Origin: Octopus vulgaris
Taxonomy: Eukaryota
Length of the DNA: 64,000 nucleotides
Direction: 5' to 3'
NCBI GenBank assembly: GCA_951406725.2
Contig: OX597839.1
Coordinates: forward strand, 34,658,001 to 34,722,000
Shown here: positions 37,435 to 50,872 of the stretch, in pieces
How the letters are laid out: each line of letters opens with the position of its first letter
Numbering within the stretch: the stretch's first letter is position 1
Position numbers and translations under genes: made by a program
Notes under the pieces: model-generated
What the model was told of the DNA's origin: nothing
Database searches by the model: none
The model's input: the letters and a program-made list of their open reading frames with translations, nothing else

Positions 37435-37812
37435 GATGGAAGCACTTCGTCGGTTACGAAGACGAGGGTTCCGGTTGATCCGATCAACGGAACAGCCTGC
37501 TCGTGAAATTAACGTGTAAGTGGCTGAGCACTCCACAGACACGTGTACCCTTAACGTAGTTCTCGGGGATATTCAGCGTGACAAGGCCGGCCCTTTGAAA
37601 TACAGGTACAACAGAAACAGGAAGTAAGAGTGAGAGAAAGTTGTGGTGAAAGAGTACAGCAGGGATCACCACCGTCCCCTGCCGGAGCCTCGTGGAGCTT
37701 TTTTAGGTGTTTTCGCTCAATAAACACTCACAACGCCCGGTCTGGGAATCGAAACCGCGATCCTACGACCGCGAGTCCGCTGCCCTAACCACTGGGCCAT
37801 TGCGCCTCCACA
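37435..37812 (-). mobile_element. Young tRNA-derived SINE (family D) with a 13-bp TSD
   Basis: Head ggaggcgcaatggcccagtggttagggcagcggactcgcggtcgtaggatcgcggtttcgattccc (A and B boxes). TSD gtcaaatgtaatg at 37422-34 and 37813-25. Confidence 0.9.
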
Positions 37813-37972
37813 GTCAAATGTAATGCTTATTTATTCATATTGCATTATCTCATAGGTTCAGGATTTCAATGTGGTTATTTTCAGAACGACATTATAGGGT
37901 GGGTGTGAGAGACTGGATCTGGCTGGTTTGAACAGACGATAGAATATTTGCGCCTGGCATGGCCTTTTTAAA

Positions 37973-38500
37973 GGATCTACCAAGCACTAGTGCAAACGAT
38001 TCTCTTTTACGGCAGCGAGTCATGGCTGATGAGGGTGGAAGATATTAAGCGACTAGAACCCTTTGATCACCTCTGACTACACCACATTCTTCGCGACCGA
38101 TGGCATCAATTGTCTCCAATAATTCAGTGTGACACCAGTGCAGAACCACCTCCCTCCAACAAGTCATCTTAACGAGACGTCTGCATTGGCTGGGTCATGC
38201 CCTCCGTCGTCAACCAAGAGAATTCATCTACGAAGCAACTGCACCGGCTCCCCTTGGAGGGTTGGCAAAAGCGATGTGGTGGACAACGAAAAACCTGGCT
38301 GATGACAGTCAAGGCTGATCTGGAACCCAACCTAGGCCCCCATATCTATGGCGTTCACCGCTGGAATAGAGAGTGGTTGGAGATCACGCGGTCGTTAGCC
38401 TCAATTCGCCAGGCCTGGTCGGCGTTTGTGAGAGATGCAGCATTGAGGATGAATGAAGCCAGCTCAACCCACCCCGGGTGAATGCTGTCTCAAGACAAGA
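37973..38500 (+). mobile_element. RTE LINE 3' fragment (same family as 31320-31680)
   Basis: GWQKRCGGQRKTWLMTVKADLEPNLGPHIYGVHRWNREWLEITRSLASIRQAWSAFVRDAALRMNEASSTHPG*, (caaga)n tail, flanked by ccttttt(t)aaa on both sides. Confidence 0.85.
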
Positions 38501-39290
38501 CCTTTTTTAAATTCTAAAGGGTTAATTAAGAATAACCCCTTCACAACTGATAGAATCAACCCATAGCTCTACACCATCAGACAGTCGAGGATAAGAATAG
38601 CGGATCAAGAGAATTGTTGGAACGTCATGAAAAAATGGTTCGTGGGACTTTTTTTTCTTCTGGTAGTTTATTCAAATCCTACCAAATTTAACTTAATTTA
38701 TCCTTTGGGGATTTAATAAAATAAAGTACTTGTCAAATTCAAAATCTATTATGGGGCAGGGTTGAATGGTGCTGCTAAGGCTATCCTTTCAAAATGTCCT
38801 TGTACTTAAAACAGAACCAACTACAAACATGGCTGCACTTTGGGGTCTTGCTACGTTATTTTAGGATTGACTTTGATCAAGCCTATTGTACTTATCCCCT
38901 TTTATCTGCACGAAGGAGCGTGGCCTAATAGTTAGAGTGCTGTATTCACAAACTGTAAAATCATGGTTCCAACTCCCAGACCATGCGGTCCGTTGAGTTC
39001 TTGAGTAAAGCATTTCATATGTTGCTCCAGCTAACTCAGTTATAAGTTTGTAACAAACTAGGGCCCTGTTCAGAGAAAAACGTCATGCAAACCGAGTCAC
39101 CAGCCCCTGAGAGTTCCAGGAATCGAAGCAGCTTATTGTCCTAATATGCATTGCATATGTATTTCCTATTAAACATTACAGCCAGTCATTCATTTAGAAG
39201 ACTGTAAACTATGAAACTTCCGTGTTACAAGCCTCGAGTTTATCAAACGCCCGCCAGTAACCTGCACTCACATTTTCTACTCGTGTCTAC

Positions 39291-39350
39291 CTTTCCGATG
39301 TGAAAGGGTCACCACATCTAGGACCAATGCCAGCTTTTAAGATACAACCG
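39291..39350 (-). CDS. Candidate 60-nt internal or cassette exon of the SH2B gene ([S]GCILKAGIGPRCGDPFTSE[R])
   Basis: Acceptor cttcttcttttcAG and donor AAG|GTAGAC. Phase 2-2, so it is compatible with the phase-2 end of exon 1. Open frame in unique sequence, but no recognisable homology. Confidence 0.25.
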
Positions 39351-40219
39351 CTGAAAAGAAGAAGGCGGTAGTAAAAATTACGTACACCACCCGTTTTCGG
39401 CTTAACGAAAACTCTAACCCTAACCACCGGGTGTATGTATTCTTTGCCTTCGACAAAGAAAACAACCCACAAATGCACAAAAACACGGGAATAATCAACC
39501 ATTATTGAAAGTTATTCACTGGAGGAATAACCAACCTAGCTTTACCAACCGCCAGCATCATCACCACCATCACCATACTATGAACGAAATACAAGCTAAG
39601 GATAAATAACGCTACCACTTTTATGATATATTAATAATATACACCGACCACAACAGTGTAAATAATAAAAATACAGGCCAGCAAACACACATAGCCTTCA
39701 TATTATTATCCTGGCTTCGTCTAACAACGACATCATTCATGACTGAAAGGAAAGAACCAGCCACAATGGCAGATTCCTGCAATAGCCGTCACATGGTTCT
39801 CAAGTCCCAAGATTTCAATCAAGACACGAATAAAAATAAAAGCCAAAATACCTTCCCCGTTTAGTTTTTTTTTCTTCAACTATTAAGATTTATTATTATT
39901 ATTATTTTCCTTGGCCCGGTTTTGGAATTAGAGATAAATAAATAAATGCTTGCTACAAACAACAGTAGTAGAATTAGAAGGAAAATGGTTAAGTTGGAGT
40001 TGGCGACGGTGGGTGAGAGAGAGAAATGTATTTGGTAAATGGCGAGTGTGAGGAAAGAAGAATGAATGAATGCCGAGAAATAGTCATTTTTGTTATAATA
40101 GGAGAGAGAGAGAGTGACAGATGGCTGGACTAGTCATTGGAAACACGAGGATAGCAATTAGTATACGAGCAAAATAATTAAACCGATAAACGGAGCGGTG
40201 TGTATATGGTGTACTTACA

Positions 40220-40916
40220 CTATATATCTACCCTATATATATATATATAAATATACACTATATATATATATATACACTCTATATATATACACACTATATA
40301 TATATATATAACCTATGCATATAATATATATATACACACACACACACGCATAATATAGATACATATACACACACTATGCCTACAGATTAATACATAAATA
40401 TACCATATATATATATATATACACTATATGCATATAATATATATTACACACACACATGCATATTATATATATATACACACACACCGCGCGCGCAATATGC
40501 GCATAATATGGATATATATACACACACAATATGCCTACAGATTTATACATAAATACACCATATATATATATACACATACACTATATGCATATAATATATA
40601 TTACATGTTTATATATATATATAGTATGCATGCATACAGTGATAATACTCTCTTAATGTTCAGAGTTCCTCGTGTGTGTGTATACAGTTTTTTCCATTAC
40701 AGTATAGATATTCTTTGAATCTCTCCATCTTCATCCGAATCTACACACATTTTGTCACCTGAGCCGACACAAGTGAGAAACTGGGAGCAACATCAGAGCC
40801 GATCCTCAGCTTCTTCTAAACGACCAAATTCCTTCTGCTACATGTAATTTCCCCACCGTTTTTGCACCAAAATACGCCCCTCTGCATATAGTGTAGGTTA
40901 AGATCAAAGTGTAGTG

Positions 40917-40973
<57 letters not shown>

Positions 40974-40983
40974 TGTGTGTGTG

Positions 40984-41079
<96 letters not shown>

Positions 41080-41245
41080 GTTTGATAAGTGCTAATAAAC
41101 GAAATTCTGGCCCCTGAGTGACTCTTGTAACTTCTGCTAATTAATTTTAAGATATAGTGTGTGTGTATGTATATCTCTGTGTATATATCTATATTTACAT
41201 ATCTACACATACACAACAACCATATCCACACCATATTAACCCTAA

Positions 41246-41301
<56 letters not shown>

Positions 41302-41437
41302 ATTATATACATAATTGTAACAAGGGCCTGGCTTGTTATAATTATGTTTATAATTATAAAATATTTATATTAATTTACCTATGAGGCTTTATTTCTGCGC
41401 TGACCTCTTGGTAAAAATCATTTATGATTTTACCCTT

Positions 41438-41488
<51 letters not shown>

Positions 41489-42091
41489 TATACACATACA
41501 TACATACATATATATATATACATACATATATATATATACATACATACATACATATATATATATACATACATACATATATATATATACATACATACATATA
41601 TATATATACATACATACATATATATATATACATACATACATATATATATATACATACATACATACATATATATATATACATACATACATACATATATATA
41701 TATACATACATACATATATACATACATACATATATACATACATACATATATACATACATACATATATACATACATACATATATACATACATACATATATA
41801 CATACATACACATATATACATATATACATACATATATATACATACATACATATATATACATACATACATATACATACATACATACATACATACATATACA
41901 TACATACATACATACATATACATACATACATACATACATATACATATATATATACATACATATATATATATACATACATATACATACATACATACATATA
42001 TACATACATATACATACATACATACATACATATATACATACATATACATACATACATACATATACATACATATATATATATACATACATAC

Positions 42092-42127
<36 letters not shown>

Positions 42128-42489
42128 ATACATACATCATCATCATCATCATCATCATCATCGTTTAACGTCCGTTTTCCGCGCTAGCACGGGTTGGACG
42201 GTTTCGACCGGGGTCTGGGGAGCTCGGGACTGCCCCAGGCTCCAGTCTAGTCTGGCAGTGTTTCTACAGCTGGATGCCCTTCCTAACGCCAACCACTCCG
42301 CGAGTGTAGTGGGTGTTTTTTACGTGCCACCTGCACAGGTGCCAGAGGGGTCTGGCATCGGCCACGTTCGGATGGTGCTTTTTATGGGGGGGGGGTGCAG
42401 AAATATAGGGGAGCACCAGTGGGAGGGGTGGTTCATATATATACATACATATATATATATATACATACATATATATATACATACATATA

Positions 42490-42523
<34 letters not shown>

Positions 42524-42542
42524 CATACATACATATATATAC

Positions 42543-42581
<39 letters not shown>

Positions 42582-42791
42582 CAAATATATACATACATAC
42601 ATATACATACATATATATACATACATACATACATATACATACATACATATATATACATACATATACATATATATACATACATACATATATATACATACAT
42701 ACATATATATACATACATACATATATATACATACATACATATATATACATACATACATATACATACATACATATACATACATACATATACA

Positions 42792-42847
<56 letters not shown>

Positions 42848-42880
42848 CATACATACATACACACATACATACACAAACAA
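40220..42880. repeat. Microsatellite field: (TA)n and very long (TACA/TA)n, with a family C SINE at 42135-42385
   Basis: Seen directly. Confidence 0.95.
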
Positions 42881-43866
42881 ACTAGCTACACAGGTAGATA
42901 TTCTGTGAAATTGGCTAAAATATGGAGATTGTGGATGGAAATCGGCTCCGGTCACATTTCCAAGTAAAAGATCTGCTAACGTTCTCATTAACCGTGTTAT
43001 TTCCCAGCCGAAAACCTTATTTACTAAAACCAGTGATGAGAGATCAGGAGCTGGTGGACACTTCTATCCTTAAAACCAGTTCTTGTGATGAGGTCATGTG
43101 AGGGGAGGGGTGGGGGGGGGTAAGAAATTCGCTTTGCAACCACGTGGTTTCCAGTTCAATCCCGCTTTGTGACAGAAAGTGTCTATTATAACTCTTGGGA
43201 CCAACCAATGCCTTGTTAGTGGATTTGGTAGACGGAAACTGAAAAGAAGCCCGTCGTATATGTGTGTATATATATATATATATGCGCGTGTGTGTTTGTC
43301 CCCCTAGCATTGCTTGACAACCGATGCTGGTGTGTTTATGTCCCCGTTACTTAGCGGTTCGGCAAAAGAGACCGATAGAATAAGTACTGGGCTTACAAAA
43401 AGAATAATGCCTTGTGAATGAATTTGGTAGATAGAAACTGTATGGAAGCCGTAGTATATATACATACACACGTGTGTATGTTTCCCACCCACCGGTGATA
43501 GTTTGTTTACGTCCCTAGAACTTAGCAGTTCGACCTAAGAGGCTGATAGAATAAGTACAGACTTGCAAAACAAATGGTGGCGAATTGTTCGACAACAACA
43601 ACAAAAAAAAAAAAAACTAAGTCGGTGCTCCAACATGGCCGCAGTCCAGTGACTGAAGTAACTAAATGCTAAAAATTCCACTTCAAGGATGTCGGCTGCC
43701 CCCAATCAATCAAACCCCTGCTATTTCTCTCTCCCATTGCTGCTAGGTCAAGGCCTTCTTTCTCACCTCCTCCATCTGAATATAAATCTCACTCTCTGAA
43801 TATTCCCCATCGACAAATTTTTGCAAATACTACCGCGGTTCTTTTAGTGCATGTTCGCAGATGTTG

Positions 43867-43906
<40 letters not shown>

Positions 43907-43907
43907 C

Positions 43908-44299
43908 AGCAGGAGTGGCTGTGTGGTAAGTAGCTTGCTAACCAACCACATGGTTCCGGGTTCAGTCCCACTGCGTGACACCTTGGGCAAGTGTCTTCTG
44001 CTATAGCCCCGGGCCGACCAAAACCTTGTGAGTGGATTTGGTAGACGGAAACTGTAAGAAGCCCGTCGTATGTATGGATGTGTGTGTGTGTGTGTGTTTG
44101 TGTGTCTGTGTTTGTTCCCCTAGCATTGCTTGACAACCGATGCTGGTGTGTTTACGTCCCCGTCACTTAGCGGTTCGGCAAAAAGAGACCGATAGAATAA
44201 GTACTGGGCTTACAAAGAATAAGTCCCGAGGTCGATTTGCTCGACTAAAAGGCGGTGCCCCAGCATGGCCACAGGCAAATGACTGAAACAAGTAAAAGA

Positions 44300-44300
<1 letters not shown>
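43908..44300 (+). mobile_element. SINE family A
   Basis: Matches the family consensus. Confidence 0.9.
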
Positions 44301-44335
<35 letters not shown>

Positions 44336-44529
44336 AATGCACAAGAAACTAAATGTACCACCACCCTGGTCCTTTATCTTAATTCCAATGAACTGTTAAA
44401 ACATTTTTTTTTTTTAGAGGACCTCAACCGAACCATGTTGGGCCATTGCATGTTATTTTACGGAAACTCCACATGCCCACCCCTCCCACGGAACACGAAG
44501 GTATGTATTATGATCAAATGCATTCCAGC

Positions 44530-44752
44530 CGTGGCAGAAACGTTAGCACGCCGGACGAAATGCGTAGCCGTATTTCGTCTGCCGTTACGTTCTGGGTTCA
44601 AATTCCGCCGAGGTCGACTTTGCCTTTCATCCTTTCGAGGTCGATAAATTAAGTACCAGTTACGCACTGGGTATCGATGTAATCGACTTAATTCGTTTGT
44701 CTGTCCTTGTTTGTCCCCTCTATGTTTTTAGCCCCTTCTGGGTAGTAAAGAA
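44530..44752 (+). mobile_element. SINE family B
   Basis: Matches the family consensus. Confidence 0.85.
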
Positions 44753-45177
44753 ACACATATTTATATGACAATAGGTGTGGTTTTTAGAGAGCGTAGGCTG
44801 CTATTTCTAGCAGTTCAAGCAACAACGTAGCGGTACCTTTGTTGGCTCGTACTGTATTGATCTGTACCCGATGACAGTAACGGCTTCCACCCGAGTAGCA
44901 GGAGAGACACTGACATGGCGTCGTAGCATGTAAGAAGCCTCTTCGTTAATTGCTTCAGAGATCGGCCAAAGTTTTTAGAGAAGTTTTCCCTTCGCAATCA
45001 CACTTTATGGGAGAAGAAAAAAGGGGTACAGAAGTGAAGTGGGGAACAAAAATTACTTTAAAATGAAATTGAGGGAAGAGGAAAAACGACGCTTCCTTCT
45101 TTTTCATGAAGTATAGGGGCTTCCAAGAACACCGTGGTAAGTTGTGTGTGTGTAGTATAGGCGCAAAAATTGCTCTC

Positions 45178-45635
45178 TCTTTTACTCTTTTACTTGTTTC
45201 AGTCATTTGACTGCGGCCATGCTGGAGCACCGCCTTTAATCGAGCAACTCGACCCCGGGACTTATTCTTTTTCTAAGCCCAGTACTTATTCTATCGGTCT
45301 CTTTTGCCGAACCGCTAAGTAACGGGGACATAAACACACCAGCATCGGTTGTCAAGCAATGCTAGGGGGACAAACACACACGCGCACATATATATATATA
45401 TATATACACATATATATTAAGGCGGCGAGCTGGCAGAATCGTTAGCACGCAGGGCGAAATGTGAGCCGTATTCCGTCTGCTGTCACGTGTTCTGGGTTCA
45501 AATTCCGCCGAGGTCGACTTTGCCTTTCATCCTTTCGGAGTCGATAAATTAAGTACCAGTTACGCACTGGGGTCGATATAATCGACTTAATCCCTTTGTT
45601 TGTCCCCTCTATGTTTAGCCCCTTGTGGGTAGTAA

Positions 45636-45666
<31 letters not shown>

Positions 45667-45735
45667 ATGGGCTTCTTTTCAGTTTCCGTCTACCAAATCC
45701 ACTCACAAGGCTTTGGTCGGCCCGAGGCTGTAGTT
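45178..45735 (-). mobile_element. SINE family A interrupted by a family B SINE (+ strand, 45419-45636) in its internal (TA)n
   Basis: Both consensus sequences are recognisable. Confidence 0.85.
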
Positions 45736-45890
45736 TAAAAAAAAAAAAACCCACTTGGACAAGGATTTTCTATTTGCAACACCGGACCAACCAACGCCGA
45801 TGTGGAAACCCGTTTCTTTGTCCCCCAGCCCACAGCAACACCCGGTAAAAGAGACCGACAGAATATGTACAGGGGTCGATTTGTTCGACT

Positions 45891-46202
45891 AAAAGGGTTC
45901 TCAACCATTTTTTTTTTTATCTATGGACCCCTTTGATTATTTTATTCTGGTGGATCCCCAGAACCATTCGATTTTTAACAACTTTCGGAACAAAATCCCT
46001 ATTTTGTTTTTCCCAAATACTAACTTGTGTAGGTTGAACTATGTAAAATGTTAGAGAAAGAAGCCTAGCTGTTTCTTACAATACATATATCTAAAGCAAA
46101 ATATTTTCGGGAGCCCTTAAAATACTATTCTGGTTCCCCATTTACTATTTTTGTTACGTGGACCTCCAAAAATCTTTCATGGACCCCCGTCGAGAACCAC
46201 TG
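45891..46202. mobile_element. hAT-like MITE
   Basis: gggttctcaacc...atggacccc / atggacccccgtcgagaaccaCTG termini. A related fragment lies at ~31872. Confidence 0.55.
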
Positions 46203-46597
46203 AATAAAACCCTTCAGGCCAGTACCACGGCGTGACTCAGTAAGAGGACTGCAACTAAGTAAAAAAAAGCTGTGTGTGTGTGTGTTTGTTCAGCGAAGGA
46301 ACCTCTATGAGGTCGCTCGGTTGGTCACAAACAGCAGTCAAATCTCTCTTAAATAACACCCTACAGTCTAAAAATAAGACGACTCTAGTTGGGATGTCTC
46401 GTTACGGGCTGACCTCGCGTTAAATAGCAACTGTGATGACAAGGTAACGACTATGGTCGACCCATTTGGTCACCTTCATTCTCGTTTATGAATATTTAAC
46501 ACATCTGTTATTCTGCCACGTTTCCCTCCACTAAATCTGGATCGTCTGCTTTTCGTGAATCCGAACGAAATAAAACGAACATTTTTTTAAAAAACAA

Positions 46598-46771
46598 CAG
46601 GCGCAGGAGTGGCTGTGTGGTAAGTAGCTTGCTAACCAACCACATGGTTCCGGGTTCAGTCCCACTGCGTGGCACCTTGGGCAAGTGTCTTCTGCTATAG
46701 CCTCGAGCCGACCAATGCCTTGTGAGTGGATTTGGTAGACGGAAACTGAAAGAAGCCTGTCGTATATATGT

Positions 46772-46849
<78 letters not shown>

Positions 46850-47060
46850 TTGTGTGTCTGTGTTTGTCCCCCTAGCATTGCTTGACAACCGATGCTGGTG
46901 TGTTTACGTCCCCGTCGCTTAGGGGTTCGGCAAAAGAGACCGATAGAATAAGTACTGGGCTTACAAAAGAATAAGTCCCGGGGTCGAGTTGCTCGACTAA
47001 AGGCGGTGCTCCAGCATGGCCGCAGTCAAATGACTGAAACAAGTAAAAGAGTAAAGAGAG
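46598..47060 (+). mobile_element. SINE family A
   Basis: Matches the family consensus. Confidence 0.9.
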
Positions 47061-48394
47061 AGAGTAACCCCACGGCAGAATTAAAGCTATGTCCTATTGC
47101 TGTTTCACCCTAGACCAGCCGTATCTGACCATCCCATCCGTATTTCAGACACTGAAACCAAGGAGCTCGTTTTTCTTTTAACCTTTGGCCAAATCACACG
47201 AAATACTCGGGAAATATTTCCCTCAAATCCATGCATTTTATATATTATACACATTCCCATTTTTTTTCTTTCCAGCTACTGCAGTAACTTGGGATTTGTG
47301 AAAGGAAAGCTCGGAGCGTATGAAATAAGGACCATCTGAAAGTCTGAAGACAACCCTGGACTTTTAATGGGACAGGCAAGGGGTTAAGGCAGCAGGGTGG
47401 GATATGAGGGAGACTTGGCAGTTATTTCTAGGAGGTTGATAGACCATGTAAGAAAGAAGCCTCTTCGTTAATTGCTTCAGTGATCGGCCAAAGTTTTTAG
47501 AGAAGTTGTCCCCTTCGTAATCACGCTTTAAGGGAGAAGGAAAAGGTTACAGAAGTGAAGTGGGAACAAAAATTACTAAAAACTGAAATTGAGGGAAGAG
47601 GAAAAACGACACTTCCTTCTTTTCCATGGAGTATAGGGGCTTCCAAGAACACCGTGGTAAGTTGTAACCAGAGTAAAAAAATTGCCGAAAGAGGATATAC
47701 TAATCTTCTACCTTTTACATGTTTCAGTCGTCAGACTGCGACCCTGCTGGGGCACCGCCTTGAACAATTTTAGTCGAGTGAATCGACCCCAGTACTTATT
47801 CTTTTGGGTTTTTTTTTTTTACCCGATCGTTAAGTCACGAGGACGTAAATACACCAACACCGACTATCAAGCAGAATCAGGGACACGCACAAATACATAT
47901 GCACACAAGACAGAAGTCACGAGGACGTAAATACACCAACACCGATTATCAAGCAGGATCAGGGACACGCACAAATACATATGCACACAAAGCAGGCTTC
48001 TTTCAGTTTCCGTCGACCAAATCCATTCATAAGGATTTCATCGGTGCGAGGTTATAGTAGGACATTTGCCCCAAAGTGCCACGCAATGGGACTGAACCCG
48101 AAACCGTGTGGTTGGGAAGCAAAGTTCTTACCTCACAGCTACACTTGCACCTAAAATATATTTTTTAAAAACCTGCAAAAACATTCATTCGAAATAATAA
48201 TGGTGTTTTAACCCAAAACTTTCCCGATGTTTGTATCATAATGCTGCCCAAAATGCACGTGAATATTCAATATGGGAGAAGGTCTTAACACAACCCCAGC
48301 TTATTTACATGTGCTTCAAAAAGATTTTAAAAAACTTCTCAATTGCTTCGAGTTAATAAAATAAGAAAGACATTTTGATCTGTGTAACATAATG

Positions 48395-48735
48395 CGTGGC
48401 TGTGTGGTAAGAAGCTTGCTTGCCAACCACATGGTTTCGGGTTCAGTCCCACTGCGTGGCACCTAGGGAAAGTGCCTTCCGATCAAAGCTTCGTGAGAAG
48501 ATTTGTTAGACGGAAACTGAAAGAAGCCTGTCGTGTGTGTGTGTGTGTGTGAACTCTACGTTTGACAACCGGTGTTGTGCGTTTACGTCCCCGTAACATT
48601 AGCGGTTCGGCAAAAGGGACCGATAGAATAAGCACCAAGCTTTAAAATAAAAGTCCTGGGGTCGATTTGTTTGACTAAAAAAACCCAGCAAGACGGTGCC
48701 CCAGCATGGCCACCGTCAAATGACCGAAACGAGTA
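48395..48735 (+). mobile_element. SINE family A, diverged
   Basis: Matches the family consensus. Confidence 0.8.
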
Positions 48736-49049
48736 AAAAACAAAGTATTCCCATCAATTATCTGTTGCTCTTCAGCTTCCCAACTGCACTGCACTTGGAA
48801 TATCCAACACAGCAGTTCCAAATAACCAAAATGGTAAAATGTACGTCGGTATCAGATGGCGTGAAGCTGTGTTTATCATTAATCTCTCCGAAATAATACA
48901 AAGATATCAACTTATAACCCACCACCACCACCGACGTGGAAATTAAGCTGTAAAGAGGCAAAAAAGATTACAGTAACCTTCCCGTACGAACCAGGAAATC
49001 GAACACAAAAACATGATACACTCATCCAATTCAAGTGATCAGCAGTTAA

Positions 49050-49650
49050 GTGTGGCTGTGTGGTGGTAAGAAGCCTGCTTCTCAAACCACATGGTTCCGG
49101 GTTCAGTCCCACTGCATGGCACTTTGGGCAAATGTCTTCTACTTATAGCCTCGGGCTGACCAAAGCCTTGTGAGTGGATTTGTTAGACGGAAACTGAAAG
49201 AAGCCCATCGTATATATGTTATATATAGGGTTAGGGTTAGGCGTAGGAGTGGCTGTGTGGTAAGTAGCTTGCTTACCAACCACATGGTTCCGGGTTCAGT
49301 TCCACTGCGTGGCACTTTGGGCAAGTGTCTTCTACTTATAGCCTCAGGCTGACTTAAAGCCTTGTGAGTGGATTTGGTAGACGGAAACTGAAAGAAGCCC
49401 ATCGTATATATAGGGTTAGGCGTAGGAGTGGCTGTGTAGTAAGAAGCCTGTTTCCCAACCACATGGTTCCGGGTTCAGTCCCACTGCGTGGCACCTCGGG
49501 CAAATATCTTCTAGCCTCGGGCTAACCAAAGCCTTGTGAGTGGATTTGGCAGATGGAAACTGAAAGAAGCCCGTCGTAAATGTATATGTATGTATTTGTG
49601 TGTCTGTGTTTGCCCCACACACACACACACCACACCATCGCTTGACAATC
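49050..49650 (+). mobile_element. Head-to-tail trimer of SINE family A 5' halves
   Basis: Three ~180-bp units joined by tata(gggtta)1-2ggcgtaggag. Confidence 0.85.
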
Positions 49651-50367
49651 AATGGTGTGCTTTCACACGTGTAGGAAGCCTGTGGTTACTAAGACAGATT
49701 AACCACCTCTCTCCTTTAAATACCTCCACACCCTACACTTAGTTGAAGGGACACTTTTTTTTTGTTTAGCAAATTACCTGGCGACCTCACCGCTGCCGGT
49801 GCCACGAAAAGAATGCACTTCAAAGTGGTTAATTATTATGAAGGGCATCCATCTGCAGAAATCAATACAAAGCTGGCATTGGAACCCTGCGGATCCCTGG
49901 ATCCTGCAAAACCGTCCAATCCTTGCTAGCATGGAAAATGGACGTTAAATGAGGGAAGAGCGAAGATTAAACTGAATGACCGTTTTATAGTAAATTTTGA
50001 AAAACAATAAAACAACGGTTTCGAATTTAAAATTTTCAGGGATTCCAACCTGTTTCTATGAGGTCCCTTCGGTTTTGTGCAGGGGTCATTGCGTACGACT
50101 CTTGTGCTTTGAGTTCAAATCACACCAAAGCTAACTTTACCTTTCATCCTTTCATAGCCCCCAAAAAATTTTTTAAGTACCGATAGAACAATAAGGTCAG
50201 GCAAGAAGACTCGCAGCATTTTGTTCCTGGTCATTGCACGGTTAGTTCAACGCCACTATGAATTATTTGGGCCACCAAGTTTAACACTTCCACCTGGCCG
50301 TTGGAATACCTTAAGTGGAGTTCACTGTTGTTACCTAGTTTAAACACCACCACCACCTGGTCATACT

Positions 50368-50872
50368 CTCTCTTTTACTTGTTTCAGTCATTTGACTGCG
50401 GCCATGCTGGAGCACTGCCTTTAGTCGAGCAAATCGACCCCGGGACTTATTCTTTGTAAGCCCAGTACTTATTATATCGGTCTCTTTTGCCGAACCGCTA
50501 AGTTACGGGGACGTAAACACACCAGCATCAGTTGTCAAGCAATGCTAGGGGTTGTCAAGCAATGCTAGGGGGACAAACACAGACACAAACACATACACAC
50601 ATCATCATCATCGTTTAACGTCCGTTTTCCGCGCTAGCACGGGTTGGACGGTTCGACCAGGGTCTGGGAAGCCAGGTGGCTGCACCAGACTCCAGTCTGA
50701 TCTGGCAGTGTTTCTACAGCTGGATGCCCTTCCTAACGCCAACCACTCCGTGAGTGTAGTGGGTGCTGACAGGCTTCTTTCAGTTTCCGTCTACCAAATC
50801 CACTCACAAGGCTTTGGTCGGCCCGGGGCTCCATGTGGGTGGTTAGCAAGCTACTTACCACACAGCCACTCC
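50368..50872 (-). mobile_element. SINE family A interrupted by SINE family C (50600-50765)
   Basis: Both consensus sequences are recognisable. Confidence 0.8.

Noticed and set aside
37735-37812. tRNA-like sequence with A and B boxes
   Set aside because: It is the head of a SINE with body and TSD, not a standalone tRNA gene; the same applies to the family A heads.
39414-39425. Telomeric (CCCTAA) motif
   Set aside because: Only about two units; insufficient for an interstitial telomere call.
41424-42908. 494-aa ORF and overlapping Y/I/H/T/M/C/V-rich ORFs (also at 17238-17988, 5430-5937, 6796-7467, 59884-60868)
   Set aside because: Translations of TA/CA/TACA microsatellites, which lack stop codons; not genes.
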